DNA of 44,998 nt from a virus (IMGVR_UViG_3300038318_000509:1-44998); one strand, 5' to 3'. Counted from the stretch's first letter, positions 26,017 to 36,318 are shown. Notes: a model not told the origin generated them from the sequence alone. Translations and numbers: made by a program.

Positions 26017-28941
26017 CTAACCGCCTTGCCTTGAAGCATGCTGCATTCGTGCCTCTCTTTCTGATACACTTTCAGCCAACTCAATCACGGTGGATGGAAC
26101 GCTGTTATCAGCTAATGAAATAATTACTGCCTTCCTGGCCGCCCCACTAAATCTAACTGTCCTCGAATCTTTGCAATACGACTCGTCCTGCAAATACTTA
26201 AGTACACTCATACGGTCAAATGGCTCTTTGCCAGTTCTCCTGCGGTAGTATTCAGCCCATTTGTTATAAACAGCAGGAAACCATACAGCAAATTCTTCGC
26301 TGTATTTCAAGACCTTGAAGTGATCCAGTCCCAGCTCACCCTCGGACTCCAGCACTACCACATCAGACCAAAACTGCGCCAGCATGTGCTCTTCTTCAGC
26401 TGCCTGCTTAACCTCTTGACACTCCTTGAATACCCATTTGATGAACTTTGGGTCCTGCTTGACTGTGACATCAAAACAAGCTGCAAGGATGGCCCAATTT
26501 TCGGCTGTGCGGTCTGTAATGTCTTGCTCTACAAGAGCTGCCTTCATCTCGCGAATGGCCTTAAGAATTTTAGGAGCATAGTACGGATAGTTAACGATCA
26601 GGTGATAGACAAATCCACTGAATTTTTCACTCGTCTTGTTGAGCCAATCATAGTGCTCCCGATTTCGTTTATTTTCGCTGATCTGAAGTGGTATGGTCCT
26701 GGTGAAAAGCCCATTATCTTGCGGAAGCTCCTCGCCAGAAATTGCAACAGTACTATGGACAGAATAGGATCTGGCCCCAAACTCAGACTTGATTCCTTTA
26801 CCAGATGCCTGCCGGTTGTAGGCGGATCTGAGATAGCCGTCTTTTTTAGTTACATCCCTCTCATTTCGATACTCATCAAACCACACCCCAAGACTGGAGC
26901 GATACGCAAGCACTCGCATGATGTAGTTTTGTGTTGATTCCTTAAGGCCAATTCCCTCGGTTTCAATCCCGAAAAACATCATAATCCAGCGCATATACGT
27001 TGTTTTGCCGGACTGACGCTTCCCGTGAGGGAACAAGAAAGGAGATGACTTAAACTCCTTGAAAATAACTCTGCTAAAAATTGATGCAACCACCCATCCA
27101 ATACCCATGTAAGCGGCATAACTACCCACATTATCCTTAAAGCGCTCGGCAACCTCCTTGATTAACCCCTTGGGATTGCTGGATATGTACAAGCTGGGTA
27201 TGGCATCCTGGGATTGCTCACCTCTAGGGCCGATATCAAGCGACTGGGGTTTATATCCTATACCGTCAACCCAAAACACTCCGTCATCGTCAGGACATAA
27301 AACCTCACTGTAGGCCATGCCGTCCTCATACAGTAATGCACTGGATGAGCTCGGTTCACTCTCCCCATACATTCCAACGCTGCTCAGATGATTCTTGATG
27401 GCCAAATTGCCAAAGAGCCAAAACCCCGGCTTTATCTCGCCGATCATCTCTGGTGTGTAAATAATAGCCCCGCTGTCCCTGGCCAGCTCATATTTCCAGA
27501 TCTCGGTTAAGTCTGTGCCAGTGCCCTCAAACACGTAATTGCCCTTGGAAAAACAGAATTTTTTGAACTCCCCGGGGCCGGCCATGTCAATTGGCAACAT
27601 GGTAAAGGCATCGGATTTCTCTCCAAACTGATTCACGAAACGCATATGACGCACACACCCCTCAGCGGAAAAATAGCTCGCTTCAATATCTATCACAAAA
27701 TTGGAAAGCTGCTCTTCATAGACGACATCGCCTTTTTTCCGTTCGATTAAATATTTCCCGTACTCCCGCCTGATGGGCGAGTTGGTAAAATACCGGGCAA
27801 TTTTACGCCGAACAATCCGCTGAGCACTTTCAGGCAGTGTATCCAGGTACTCTGTTGGTGGCACAGCTGCGCGAATCACATTGACCATATCTTGCTTGGT
27901 CTTACCCATGGCCAGAGCCATATCAAAGTCAATCTTGCCACTTTGCATCCAATCAACTGGGAGTGTCCCGATGTCTGCGATGAATCCTTTGCGACTAAGT
28001 TTGTAACCCATGATGTAAGCCCAGTAAGGCGTGTCCCAGCGGTCTTCGGGTTTCTGTTTGTAGTTGGAGAAGTTCGGGTTATCCTTGATTTCGTTGTCAA
28101 AGACGACTGTGACATGTTTTACACTGTGCTGTTCTAGAAGCGACACTAATCGCTCAAAGTGCTTACTAGCAAAACTACTTACCCCTGGTATAGCAATGGC
28201 CGGGATGCCCAATTGGTAGAGGGCTGCTGCCTTGAATTCACCCTCTGTAATTATGATGTGTTTGGGCTTGCCCTTAAGTAAAAAGCTGCAATAGGGCTGA
28301 ACCCTCACATCCTGCAAACCTAGCTTGTGAGGTCTAAGCAAAGTAACCCGCCTGGAAGAATCAAGATAAGGTATAATGACACGGTCTGGCTCTGTTAGTT
28401 GCGCTGCGGGTACTACTGCGTTATTCACCCTCACAAAGACCCCAGCGGTGATTAGTGCCTCGATATCAAACTCATTTTTCAGCGATTCTAGGGCTTGTTT
28501 ATTCCCCGATGATACAAATCTTAGATCATTGATTGTTGTGTCCGTGAACCCTCGTTTGAGCTTCAGCTCGGCTCTATGTTTTGAGTCCAGCTGGCACTCT
28601 GAAAGATACGCCTCATAAATTTGTTGCGATGAGGACAGCTGCTTTTGCTCTTTTAACTGCTGTGCTTGGTTGAAAGCAACAAGATCACGAGCCGCGCTAG
28701 CCTCATCCATGCCACGGAGCACTTGTAAAAACTCAATGGCTCCTGCCCCATGCTTACTGCAAGCCTTACATCTCCATTTACCAGGGGGCTTAGTTTGTAT
28801 GGATAAAGCCGCTTTAGTGTGACAAGCCGGGCAGGTGGCAAGCGCCCAGTCTGTGCCACCCGCTTCAATTCCCAGAGCTTCGCTCCAAAATGCACCCCAG
28901 TCAAGTACAGCATTGTCTATGTCATATTTCTGCTTTTTCAT
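26017..28941 (-). CDS. Primase-helicase (Zn finger + TOPRIM/DUF3854-like + P-loop NTPase)
   Basis: Start moved to the ATG at 28941. CPAC...CKAC, IIITEGEFKAAAL, VFDNE, IDFD, Walker A GKRQSGKTT, WFDEY. Confidence 0.85.
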   Translation of the reverse strand: MKKQKYDIDNAVLDWGAFWSEALGIEAGGTDWALATCPACHTKAALSIQTKPPGKWRCKACSKHGAGAIEFLQVLRGMDEASAARDLVAFNQAQQLKEQKQLSSSQQIYEAYLSECQLDSKHRAELKLKRGFTDTTINDLRFVSSGNKQALESLKNEFDIEALITAGVFVRVNNAVVPAAQLTEPDRVIIPYLDSSRRVTLLRPHKLGLQDVRVQPYCSFLLKGKPKHIIITEGEFKAAALYQLGIPAIAIPGVSSFASKHFERLVSLLEQHSVKHVTVVFDNEIKDNPNFSNYKQKPEDRWDTPYWAYIMGYKLSRKGFIADIGTLPVDWMQSGKIDFDMALAMGKTKQDMVNVIRAAVPPTEYLDTLPESAQRIVRRKIARYFTNSPIRREYGKYLIERKKGDVVYEEQLSNFVIDIEASYFSAEGCVRHMRFVNQFGEKSDAFTMLPIDMAGPGEFKKFCFSKGNYVFEGTGTDLTEIWKYELARDSGAIIYTPEMIGEIKPGFWLFGNLAIKNHLSSVGMYGESEPSSSSALLYEDGMAYSEVLCPDDDGVFWVDGIGYKPQSLDIGPRGEQSQDAIPSLYISSNPKGLIKEVAERFKDNVGSYAAYMGIGWVVASIFSRVIFKEFKSSPFLFPHGKRQSGKTTYMRWIMMFFGIETEGIGLKESTQNYIMRVLAYRSSLGVWFDEYRNERDVTKKDGYLRSAYNRQASGKGIKSEFGARSYSVHSTVAISGEELPQDNGLFTRTIPLQISENKRNREHYDWLNKTSEKFSGFVYHLIVNYPYYAPKILKAIREMKAALVEQDITDRTAENWAILAACFDVTVKQDPKFIKWVFKECQEVKQAAEEEHMLAQFWSDVVVLESEGELGLDHFKVLKYSEEFAVWFPAVYNKWAEYYRRRTGKEPFDRMSVLKYLQDESYCKDSRTVRFSGAARKAVIISLADNSVPSTVIELAESVSEREARMQHASRQGG

Positions 28942-31171
28942 TGCTATCACTATCCCTAGTGTGATTTTCCTGCCCTTGAATCCGCTCGGCGAGTAAGCTG
29001 TAGCGTTCTTCGATTTTGTTGTTACGCGCTGCTTGCTTGACGCCAAAACCATCTGATATGAGAACTAACCTATCCTTAGCACGAGTCATGGCTGTGTACA
29101 ACAGATTCCTTTGCAGCATGATATAATGGTGTCTAAGAAGGGGCATGATGACCAAGGGAAATTCGCTGCCCTGCGATTTATGGATTGTAGCTGCATATGC
29201 CAACTGCAGAAGATCCAAGTCCTCCACTGCAAACTCGACGCCGGAACCGTCAATGTTTGCCGTCATGCTTCCCTTCTTGATCTCTGTGACTAGACCCATC
29301 TGGCCATTAAAGACCTCTAGATCGTAGTTGTTTTTGGTCACCATGACCTTATCCCCGGCCCGAAACTGCCCCAACTGTGGAATACCCTTCCGCCAAGGAT
29401 TTGCAATATCCCTGATAGCTTGATTGAGTGCTGTCACTCCACATTTGCCACGCCTCATAGGTGCAAGGACTTGAAAATCCATCACGCCCATGCCACGCTT
29501 AAGAGCTAACCTAACCTGACTTAAGACCTCATTTGCGGCCATCACATCATCACCAACAGAGATATACTCGTAATCGCCTGACGATAATGTTGGAGGCGTT
29601 TTGCCTTCAGTTAGGTCATTGGCGTATTGAGCTATTTTGGAACCACCGGCCTGGCGGTAGTTGTATCTAAGCCTTGTTATAGTGATTTCGTGGGAACGGA
29701 TTATGTCTCTGAGTACCGAACCAGGCCCAACTGAGGGAAGCTGGTCAACGTCTCCGACCAGGACGACTTGATGATCGCCGGGGTTCAACGCTGCAAACAG
29801 ATCCTTGGCAAGCTGAACATCCATCATACTAGCCTCATCAATCACTACAAGTGCAGGGCCGGGCAATGGATTTCCATAGCCGTACTCAAAACCGCCCGAA
29901 TTCGGGTTGTATCTGAGTAACCTATGTATTGTCTTGGCTTCGTATCCCGTGGCCTCTTCCATGCGCTGTGCTGCTCTACCAGTGGGACTGGCAAGTAAGA
30001 TATGGCGGTGCAATTTCTCTTGTTTGGAGATCTCACAAATGGATCGAATCACGGTTGTCTTGCCTGTACCTGGACCACCCGTAATTACCGTAAGTTGATT
30101 ACACAGTGCTTCTCCGACAGCATCGCGCTGTTCGGCTGCATACTCCATGCCAGCGTCCTCTTCCGACCAATCGAGCAGTGCCCCAAGGTTCCGTATGGGG
30201 AAAAACGGTTGCCCCGCAAACTCCCTGACCCTTGCAGCCAATCTCACCTCAGCCAAATACAAATCCTCACCATACACCGCATTGCCTTCCCTAACAGCCA
30301 GACCCGACTCAATCAGTTCCTCCACTGCGCCAGAGACCAACTCAACATCTACATCAAAATCAAGTAAATCCTTGGCCTTCGCCAAGATGTCCCGGGGTCT
30401 TAGATAACAGTGCCCTTCGGTGCCAGCTTCAGTGAGCAAATACTTAACTGCTGCCCCAACTCTAAATGGGCTATCCTGTTCAATGCCAATGGCCTGAGCC
30501 ACCGCATCTGCTTTCTTGAACCCCACTCCCCAGAGCTCGTCTGCCAGAATGTAAGGATTATCTTTTACGATTTGAATCGATTCCGAACCAAATTTAGCTA
30601 CGATTTTATGTACAAGTGCTGGTGTGATTCCTTCCCGGCAGATTAGACCAGACAGTTCTGCGGCTGTTTCATTCTGAGTGATGTTGGCAGCTATTTCTTT
30701 GGCCTGCTGCGGCTTCAAAAAATCAAACTGGTTCAAGCAATCGGGGTTTTCTTTGATCTCATCCAAGGCATTGTCACCCAGAGTATCCACAATCCGCCTG
30801 GCCTTGGCAGGACCAACCCCGTAGACAATGGTAGATAAATATCTAATTGCGCCCTGCCTAGTAACTGGAAGTAGTAATTCACATGTTTCAACCACAAATT
30901 GCTTGCCGTACTTCCTATGCGACTTCCACTCACCTTCGAATTTATACTCATCATCCACCCTTACATTAGGCAGGTTGCCAACGGCAGTAATTCTCTCATC
31001 AAGATCTGATTTAGCTCCCCTGGGCTTGATTTCAAGGACAGAATAGCCATTTTCGGAGTTGTGGAAGATCACTCTTTCAATGGTGCCGACGAGGACGTTA
31101 TCTTCGCTGACTTCTTTAAGTTCCGGGAGATTCGTCAGATTAAGTTCAAGTTGCGTAGCTTCGATTGACAT
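28922..31171 (-). CDS. recD2: RecD2-like SF1B helicase
   Basis: GTIERVIFHN..NGYSV, HhH GVGPAKA and GVGFKKAD, ITGGPGTGKTT, DEASM, VGDVDQLPSVGPG, AYAATIHKSQGSEF, LLYTAMTRAK. Confidence 0.93.
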   Translation of the reverse strand: MSIEATQLELNLTNLPELKEVSEDNVLVGTIERVIFHNSENGYSVLEIKPRGAKSDLDERITAVGNLPNVRVDDEYKFEGEWKSHRKYGKQFVVETCELLLPVTRQGAIRYLSTIVYGVGPAKARRIVDTLGDNALDEIKENPDCLNQFDFLKPQQAKEIAANITQNETAAELSGLICREGITPALVHKIVAKFGSESIQIVKDNPYILADELWGVGFKKADAVAQAIGIEQDSPFRVGAAVKYLLTEAGTEGHCYLRPRDILAKAKDLLDFDVDVELVSGAVEELIESGLAVREGNAVYGEDLYLAEVRLAARVREFAGQPFFPIRNLGALLDWSEEDAGMEYAAEQRDAVGEALCNQLTVITGGPGTGKTTVIRSICEISKQEKLHRHILLASPTGRAAQRMEEATGYEAKTIHRLLRYNPNSGGFEYGYGNPLPGPALVVIDEASMMDVQLAKDLFAALNPGDHQVVLVGDVDQLPSVGPGSVLRDIIRSHEITITRLRYNYRQAGGSKIAQYANDLTEGKTPPTLSSGDYEYISVGDDVMAANEVLSQVRLALKRGMGVMDFQVLAPMRRGKCGVTALNQAIRDIANPWRKGIPQLGQFRAGDKVMVTKNNYDLEVFNGQMGLVTEIKKGSMTANIDGSGVEFAVEDLDLLQLAYAATIHKSQGSEFPLVIMPLLRHHYIMLQRNLLYTAMTRAKDRLVLISDGFGVKQAARNNKIEERYSLLAERIQGQENHTRDSDSNEKAEI

Positions 31172-31402
31172 TTATGTCACCTCCACGCCATGCGCTTTCA
31201 GTTCCGTTACCCAAAATTCTTTAACATCGTTGGGACAATGCTCCATCGCGTCTTTCCAAGTCGGCCATCTGCCGTTCTTGGCATAAAACTTGTACTGGTA
31301 GGTCAAACTTTGCTGGTTGTGCGGTTGATCGGGTTCGTGTTCAACCGCACACTCGGGGCAAGTTCCAGGTGGGGTATTACCTATAATTTGAAACGGATGC
31401 AA
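31172..31402 (-). CDS. Hypothetical phage protein with Cys/His cluster
   Basis: CPECAVEH...PH...RWPTWKDAMEHC. Confidence 0.7.
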   Translation of the reverse strand: MHPFQIIGNTPPGTCPECAVEHEPDQPHNQQSLTYQYKFYAKNGRWPTWKDAMEHCPNDVKEFWVTELKAHGVEVT

Positions 31403-31418
31403 GTGATTTTTTTGCCAC

Positions 31419-31652
31419 CTACCTCACCCCCTGGTACACATCACGTAGACTTTGCAATAAGCTTTCATTGTGCGGACGCGGGCCTTTGATGTAAAGGCCC
31501 ATGTCATTTGCTTTACTGTAAACCATCGGTACTTTACGACCTAATACCCGTGCAATCTCCTTGACAGGCATTTTGCCATAGCACTCTCGCACAAACTCTT
31601 CCTCTTCGGGTGTCCATGGGATATAGGGTTTATCCTTTGGTTGTTTGCTCAT
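31419..31652 (-). CDS. Small Myb/SANT-like HTH protein
   Basis: WTPEEEEF...Y..MPVKEIARVLGR....V..KA..MGL. Confidence 0.7.
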   Translation of the reverse strand: MSKQPKDKPYIPWTPEEEEFVRECYGKMPVKEIARVLGRKVPMVYSKANDMGLYIKGPRPHNESLLQSLRDVYQGVR

Positions 31653-32668
31653 ACCCCCACCTTCTCTCTGGCTTGTCCCAGCCTCTTAAGAGCTTCATCT
31701 ACCACATCTTTAGGTAACCTATCGCGGTTGCCAATATCCGTTATGATCTCCTGAACTTCTAGGAACTGAGCGTCGCCTTCCTCTGCGAGTAGTCCCAGGA
31801 ACTCAGCAATTCTGGATTCACGCTCCGATTGCACCTCTAGGTGCTCCCGACTTAAAACCTCATAGCCGGGGCGGGCGGATTGGAGGGGGAGCATCCAGGC
31901 TCCAACATCCAGCTCCTCTGATGTATCGTAAATTTCTAGCAAACAAACTTGTACCTTCCGTTCCATCTCTTCCGGGTGGGCAGATAGCCTGCATAAAGCT
32001 CCAGGGTTAACGGCAACCATCTTCCCTCTCTCATTAGCCGCCTCAACTGTTTTTGCACCAAACCCAAGATGATGATGCCCAGTGATCAGGATATCAGGCG
32101 CCCTCTCTTGCATAGCAATCTCAGATATGAGTGTATGGCGCATCTCAAACCCCGGACGTTTGTCGAGAATCATGCCGTGAACTACTTTGATATTTAGCGA
32201 ACCCTTTGTATCCTCCAGAACGTCTGCTGGGGCTAGATATTGCTCGACATCCCGATCGGTGTCTACGTCATAGCCATGTCCGGCTAGGAAGACTTCATCA
32301 TCCGATCCATAGAAGCGTGGCGATACCTGCAAGTTGTGAATGTATCTCAAATTAGACATAAACCCAAAAGGAGTACGCCCTATACTTGTCTGGTTAGCCC
32401 CAAAGAGATCGTGGTTGCCTGCAATGGCCAGGAACGGCACCGGCGAATGGTTCCAGATTAAAGTCATCATTTCTGCCACACTGGGCAAAGACACGGTAGG
32501 ACTATCAAAGAGGTCGCCTGTTTGAATAACAGCATCCACCTTGTGTGCTTTGGCAAGCTCGCAAACCTCAACCAGCTTGCGCCTAATAGTTGCTGGGTAA
32601 TCATCGACCCTAGCTTTGGGATTGTTGCCACGATAATGAACATCGCCTACTATTAAAAACTTAATCAT
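31649..32668 (-). CDS. sbcD: SbcD/Mre11-family metallophosphoesterase nuclease
   Basis: GDVH, TGDLFD, AGNHD, VHG, TGHHH, NPGALCR motifs. Confidence 0.9.
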   Translation of the reverse strand: MIKFLIVGDVHYRGNNPKARVDDYPATIRRKLVEVCELAKAHKVDAVIQTGDLFDSPTVSLPSVAEMMTLIWNHSPVPFLAIAGNHDLFGANQTSIGRTPFGFMSNLRYIHNLQVSPRFYGSDDEVFLAGHGYDVDTDRDVEQYLAPADVLEDTKGSLNIKVVHGMILDKRPGFEMRHTLISEIAMQERAPDILITGHHHLGFGAKTVEAANERGKMVAVNPGALCRLSAHPEEMERKVQVCLLEIYDTSEELDVGAWMLPLQSARPGYEVLSREHLEVQSERESRIAEFLGLLAEEGDAQFLEVQEIITDIGNRDRLPKDVVDEALKRLGQAREKVGV

Positions 32669-33327
32669 CCCTCAGACACCACGCTTTCTCCGTCAAGTTT
32701 ACTAACGACAATGCTTCTATCAGCCACCTCAGCCAGTGCCGATTGATGGGTCACCAGAACAATTTGGCGCCCGGTTTTGCGAGCATACTCTTTCAAGAAA
32801 ACAGCCACATTCGGAGCAAAAGCAGACGAGACATGTTTGCCCACTTCGTCAAGGAGTAACGGCCCCTCGGGTTTCGGCCTGGATAGCTCCAGCAAGGCAA
32901 GCCTCAAAGCTAAGGAGACAATGTCAACCACGCCACCACCGCGAGAATCCTGCGGGTCACCGGTTACTAACTGGTCACCATAGAGCGATACCACCTGCCA
33001 CTCAGCCGTTGGTACCCCAGCACGCTCTCCAAGCCTAATTTCAAAGGCTAATCCCTCTTCGCCGAAAACTGCTTGGAGTGCTACGGTAACAGTCTGCTCG
33101 ATTCTAAGTTTCAATTGCTCCCGACTAAACTCTGAGACCTTGCTAAACAACACCTGAACCTGCCTCCATGTATCCAGGTCTGCTTGCAGCTGCTCTCGCT
33201 TATCTTCCAGCTGGGCCTTTTCGGAGCGGAGAAGCTCTAATTGCCCCTCCGCTTTTTGGTGCCTGGAGCGTAGCTCGGCTAAGCGAAACTCTAGGCTGCC
33301 AAGGGTTAGGTATCCTTGACCAATCAT
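32665..33327 (-). CDS. SbcC/Rad50-like C-terminal ATPase half
   Basis: Coiled coil, signature-like SRGGG, Walker B LLLDE, H-loop LVTHQ; no Walker A. Confidence 0.85.
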   Translation of the reverse strand: MIGQGYLTLGSLEFRLAELRSRHQKAEGQLELLRSEKAQLEDKREQLQADLDTWRQVQVLFSKVSEFSREQLKLRIEQTVTVALQAVFGEEGLAFEIRLGERAGVPTAEWQVVSLYGDQLVTGDPQDSRGGGVVDIVSLALRLALLELSRPKPEGPLLLDEVGKHVSSAFAPNVAVFLKEYARKTGRQIVLVTHQSALAEVADRSIVVSKLDGESVVSEG

Positions 33328-33620
33328 GACACTTGCCCGATTGGTAGAGGAGTATTGGCGTCAGCTAGTGGAGGCAACAGTGCTTCGGCCTTGGCTAAGG
33401 CATCGGTAATTTCAGCTTCAAGACGTGTGATTTCGGCGTCTAGTTGCTCCGGTTCAATTCCATAACCTTTGATCTCAGCAACAAGTTCAGCATGTTGCTT
33501 TTCAAGACTTTCCAGTGTCGCTTCTGCTCTAGCCTTCTCGGTGCGGGCCGTCTCAGCCCGCTGTTTCAAACCTTCCAATCTGGTTGTAAGGTCTGTCGTG
33601 TGACCAATTTGGGTATTCAT
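33324..33620 (-). CDS. Short coiled-coil protein (middle part of split SbcC/Rad50)
   Basis: 98 aa with a heptad pattern, lying between the two ATPase halves. Confidence 0.75.
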   Translation of the reverse strand: MNTQIGHTTDLTTRLEGLKQRAETARTEKARAEATLESLEKQHAELVAEIKGYGIEPEQLDAEITRLEAEITDALAKAEALLPPLADANTPLPIGQVS

Positions 33621-33623
33621 TCT

Positions 33624-35060
33624 TTAGATAACCTCCTGAAGTTTGAATTCGTGGGCTTTGGCTCCGCAGGTAGGACATACACCGGCATCACTCAACGCTT
33701 CGTGGTATAGATGGGTTGCTTTGCCCAAGGTATCCTTAGCCAGTTCTAAGCTCCCTAGAGTTGTTTCTCGGGATTGGCGTATGGTGCCCAGGCCATCCCG
33801 AATCTGCCTGAAATCCTTCAGCTTTACCACTGCGCCACTTGCATTTGACATGACATCCGTTGCTTGGGCCACACCCGCCAAGGCAGCACACGTTGCCCTT
33901 GCGGAACGAAGATCATGATGGGCGATTGCGTATCTGGTTCTCATTTTTTCGAGAGTAGACACCAGGTCGCATAAACGATGAGCCTTACAAACAAGATCGT
34001 GTGCTTTAGGGGCTTCCTGCAAGACCTGCAGACTATCCCTTGTATCCTCTAGGGCCTCTGCAACGTTCTCATGCCTCAAATATGCCCCTATCAGGTTCAT
34101 TCGCTGATTCTCTTTGCCGTCAATTGCAATAAGTAGTTTGTTCGCCTCTTCGGCCACCGCAAGGACTTGCAATCTATCCCGCAGATGTTGCTGATAGTTA
34201 ATGCTGTTGGTAAAAAGAACTTGTAGTTTATGAACTGACGACTTACGCTCTCCATTCTTGTCAGCATCACCCAAGAGCCCCAGGGCCTCTTCTAGACCCT
34301 GATACCTACTCAGGTATGCCTTGCCATCTTCCATGCGCCCGGCAAGCTCTGCGTGTCTCGTACTCAATCCCTTAAGCGCCTTGACTTGCTCTTGCTTCGA
34401 CTTAATCGTCTGGGCCAACATTTCCAGCTCGGCAATGGTCACACCCAATCCTTCCACCCAGGCAAGCTCTTCAATCTGCGCACTCTTGACTTCGAGCTGG
34501 GCTTTCGTTGAGTCAACGTCTCGATCATGCCTGTAAATATCAGTCCCCAACTGCTTGCCAGCCACATCAACTTCTTCTGTCCCGGCCAATTTACCCAAGA
34601 CTTTAGCACGGAAAGATGCGGCAATGGAGTTGCCAAGAAACGGACCATCTAGCTGCTCAGCGATATTAAGTTTAAGGTCCATGTCACCAACATCGATCGG
34701 AGCCACGCCAAGCACTTGCTGGACTTCAGTGGGCACGTTGACGCCAAATCCCTCATACGTTTGGGCGTCACCGTCTGGATGGGTTACAATGTATTGATTC
34801 TTACTTGGAGTACGTAGTCTCGTGACACCCCAGCCATCATCCATGGTCACTGCGACCTGAGCACTGGTACACCCCACCCGGATAAACTCTGTCCCTTGGG
34901 GCTGATTGTAAAATACCCACCGCAAAGCCCTGATCACTGCGGTTTTTCCCGAATCGCTGTTTCCGGTTATCACGGTCAGGTTCCCTGTTGGGGCAAGGTC
35001 TAGGATGGTGTGAGCGTGACTCTGAAAGTTTTTTACTTCAATGCGATTTATCGATTTCAC
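33624..35060 (-). CDS. SbcC/Rad50-like N-terminal ATPase half with Zn-hook
   Basis: IEVKNFQSH, Walker A GNSDSGKT, Q-loop EQLDGPFL, long coiled coil, C-terminal CPTCG. Confidence 0.88.
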   Translation of the reverse strand: MKSINRIEVKNFQSHAHTILDLAPTGNLTVITGNSDSGKTAVIRALRWVFYNQPQGTEFIRVGCTSAQVAVTMDDGWGVTRLRTPSKNQYIVTHPDGDAQTYEGFGVNVPTEVQQVLGVAPIDVGDMDLKLNIAEQLDGPFLGNSIAASFRAKVLGKLAGTEEVDVAGKQLGTDIYRHDRDVDSTKAQLEVKSAQIEELAWVEGLGVTIAELEMLAQTIKSKQEQVKALKGLSTRHAELAGRMEDGKAYLSRYQGLEEALGLLGDADKNGERKSSVHKLQVLFTNSINYQQHLRDRLQVLAVAEEANKLLIAIDGKENQRMNLIGAYLRHENVAEALEDTRDSLQVLQEAPKAHDLVCKAHRLCDLVSTLEKMRTRYAIAHHDLRSARATCAALAGVAQATDVMSNASGAVVKLKDFRQIRDGLGTIRQSRETTLGSLELAKDTLGKATHLYHEALSDAGVCPTCGAKAHEFKLQEVI

Positions 35061-35076
35061 ATCATCGCCTCCCCGA

Positions 35077-35811
35077 TTACCAACTACCAGCCAAAATCAA
35101 GTGCTCAGGCAAAGCCTCCTTGAGCCTATGAACTTCATGCTCAATGGCATCCTTGATATACAAATCCTTTTTGGGACAAGTCAAGATGATGCCAGGCTTT
35201 TCATCCTCGGATTTAGGCTTGATTAGCTCTAGCTCGACCTCAATGCTAGCCTCGTAGTTGCTTTCGTTGAGAATCGGCATGTAAGGTTCGATGAGACTGG
35301 GTAAAGCCATGAGCCCCTCTCTCCCATTGGATTCTTTGTACATCACACTAACATTACCGGCTTCATCGTATTCATAGTCGCCCTTAATCTCAGTGATCAC
35401 TTGGAGCTTACGGATATTGGCTACCAACATATCTCTGTCAGGTAGTTCATCAAGTTCTAGCCTCCGCAAGAAATTGCCTAAATCTTTTTGATTCATTCTC
35501 CGGCCAAATACCTCACCCCAATTTTTAAACCGATCAGAGAGATTAAAAGGATACATCGCTTGATCTAGGGGTCTATCTTGAATACTGTCATCTAAAATCA
35601 CCCGAACATCATCGTTGTTATAGAAAATAACCGTGTTCTCCACAGTACCCTTCCTTTTGACGAAGTCAATGACGGCCTGCATAGAGCTCATGTTGTATCT
35701 TTGCGCATTCCATTCATGGACTCTTCGGGTCTCCATCGGCTCTTGAATAACACGTACGGTTTCTGTGCCAGCCTGCGACATGATGGTAATTTCCGGTCTG
35801 TTGTCTTTCAT
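35077..35811 (-). CDS. DUF2303/YfdQ-like phage protein
   Basis: Size, W...GRRMNQKDL..FL and C-terminal ILAG patterns, and pairing with the small upstream gene. Recognition is tentative. Confidence 0.55.
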   Translation of the reverse strand: MKDNRPEITIMSQAGTETVRVIQEPMETRRVHEWNAQRYNMSSMQAVIDFVKRKGTVENTVIFYNNDDVRVILDDSIQDRPLDQAMYPFNLSDRFKNWGEVFGRRMNQKDLGNFLRRLELDELPDRDMLVANIRKLQVITEIKGDYEYDEAGNVSVMYKESNGREGLMALPSLIEPYMPILNESNYEASIEVELELIKPKSEDEKPGIILTCPKKDLYIKDAIEHEVHRLKEALPEHLILAGSW

Positions 35812-35838
35812 TTCTCTCTACCTCCTGTATAAGCCTAA

Positions 35839-36174
35839 TTAGGCCTGCTTTTCGTTCGCATCAAAAAGCGATACTGGCTTAAGTCTCTCCTTGGGCTTTT
35901 CCACCTTGACAGACATCTCGTCGTTGTCACCGATTTTGATCGTCCCGTACTCCGTCCTAGAGCGCTTTGGCTTTTGGCTCTGGACATTGGTCTCAATCTG
36001 AACCATTGAATCCATGTCTTTGGGCCGTTTAATTACCACATTAATGGTGATCTTGCCCTGCTCACCCTTGCCTAGAGACGATAGGACGTCCTTGTATCGC
36101 TCGATAAAATCTTGGTTGAGCTGCCCACCCTGTAATGTGGATAGATCAAGGTCTTTTGAAAAGTCTCCATACAT
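35839..36174 (-). CDS. Hypothetical protein (111 aa; usual partner of DUF2303-like genes)
   Basis: Start moved to the ATG at 36174 (AAGGAGGT RBS); LDLSTLQGG...GKITINVVIK. Confidence 0.7.
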   Translation of the reverse strand: MYGDFSKDLDLSTLQGGQLNQDFIERYKDVLSSLGKGEQGKITINVVIKRPKDMDSMVQIETNVQSQKPKRSRTEYGTIKIGDNDEMSVKVEKPKERLKPVSLFDANEKQA

Positions 36175-36201
36175 ACTCTCATACCTCCTTGGTAAGAAAA
36201 A

Positions 36202-36318
36202 TGGGAGCGGGCAGGATTGATTACCTGCAACCTTTACTTCCAACGGTTTCAAGCGTCAGTGTGGATCAGGTAGGGGTTTATCCACCATTTCCCTGCGTCT
36301 AGTTCCGCCACCGCTCCC
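36202..36318 (-). ncRNA. tRNA-like structured element B (no canonical anticodon arm)
   Basis: Acceptor GGAGCGG/CCGCTCC, U8-G9, D-arm GCG-GAACTAGA-CGC, T-like arm GCAGG-TAATCAAT-CCTGC, about 65-nt non-canonical middle. Confidence 0.7.

Noticed and set aside
28941-29052. N-terminal extensions given by the ORF track (primase 29052; also 15900, 13547, 17641, 22130, 36252, 37301)
   Set aside because: They overlap upstream genes or RNA structures. Downstream starts with better RBS or gene coupling were used instead.
18914-31171. Inteins or introns in TerL, primase or RecD2
   Set aside because: Protein lengths are ordinary and no intein splice-junction or homing endonuclease motifs were seen.
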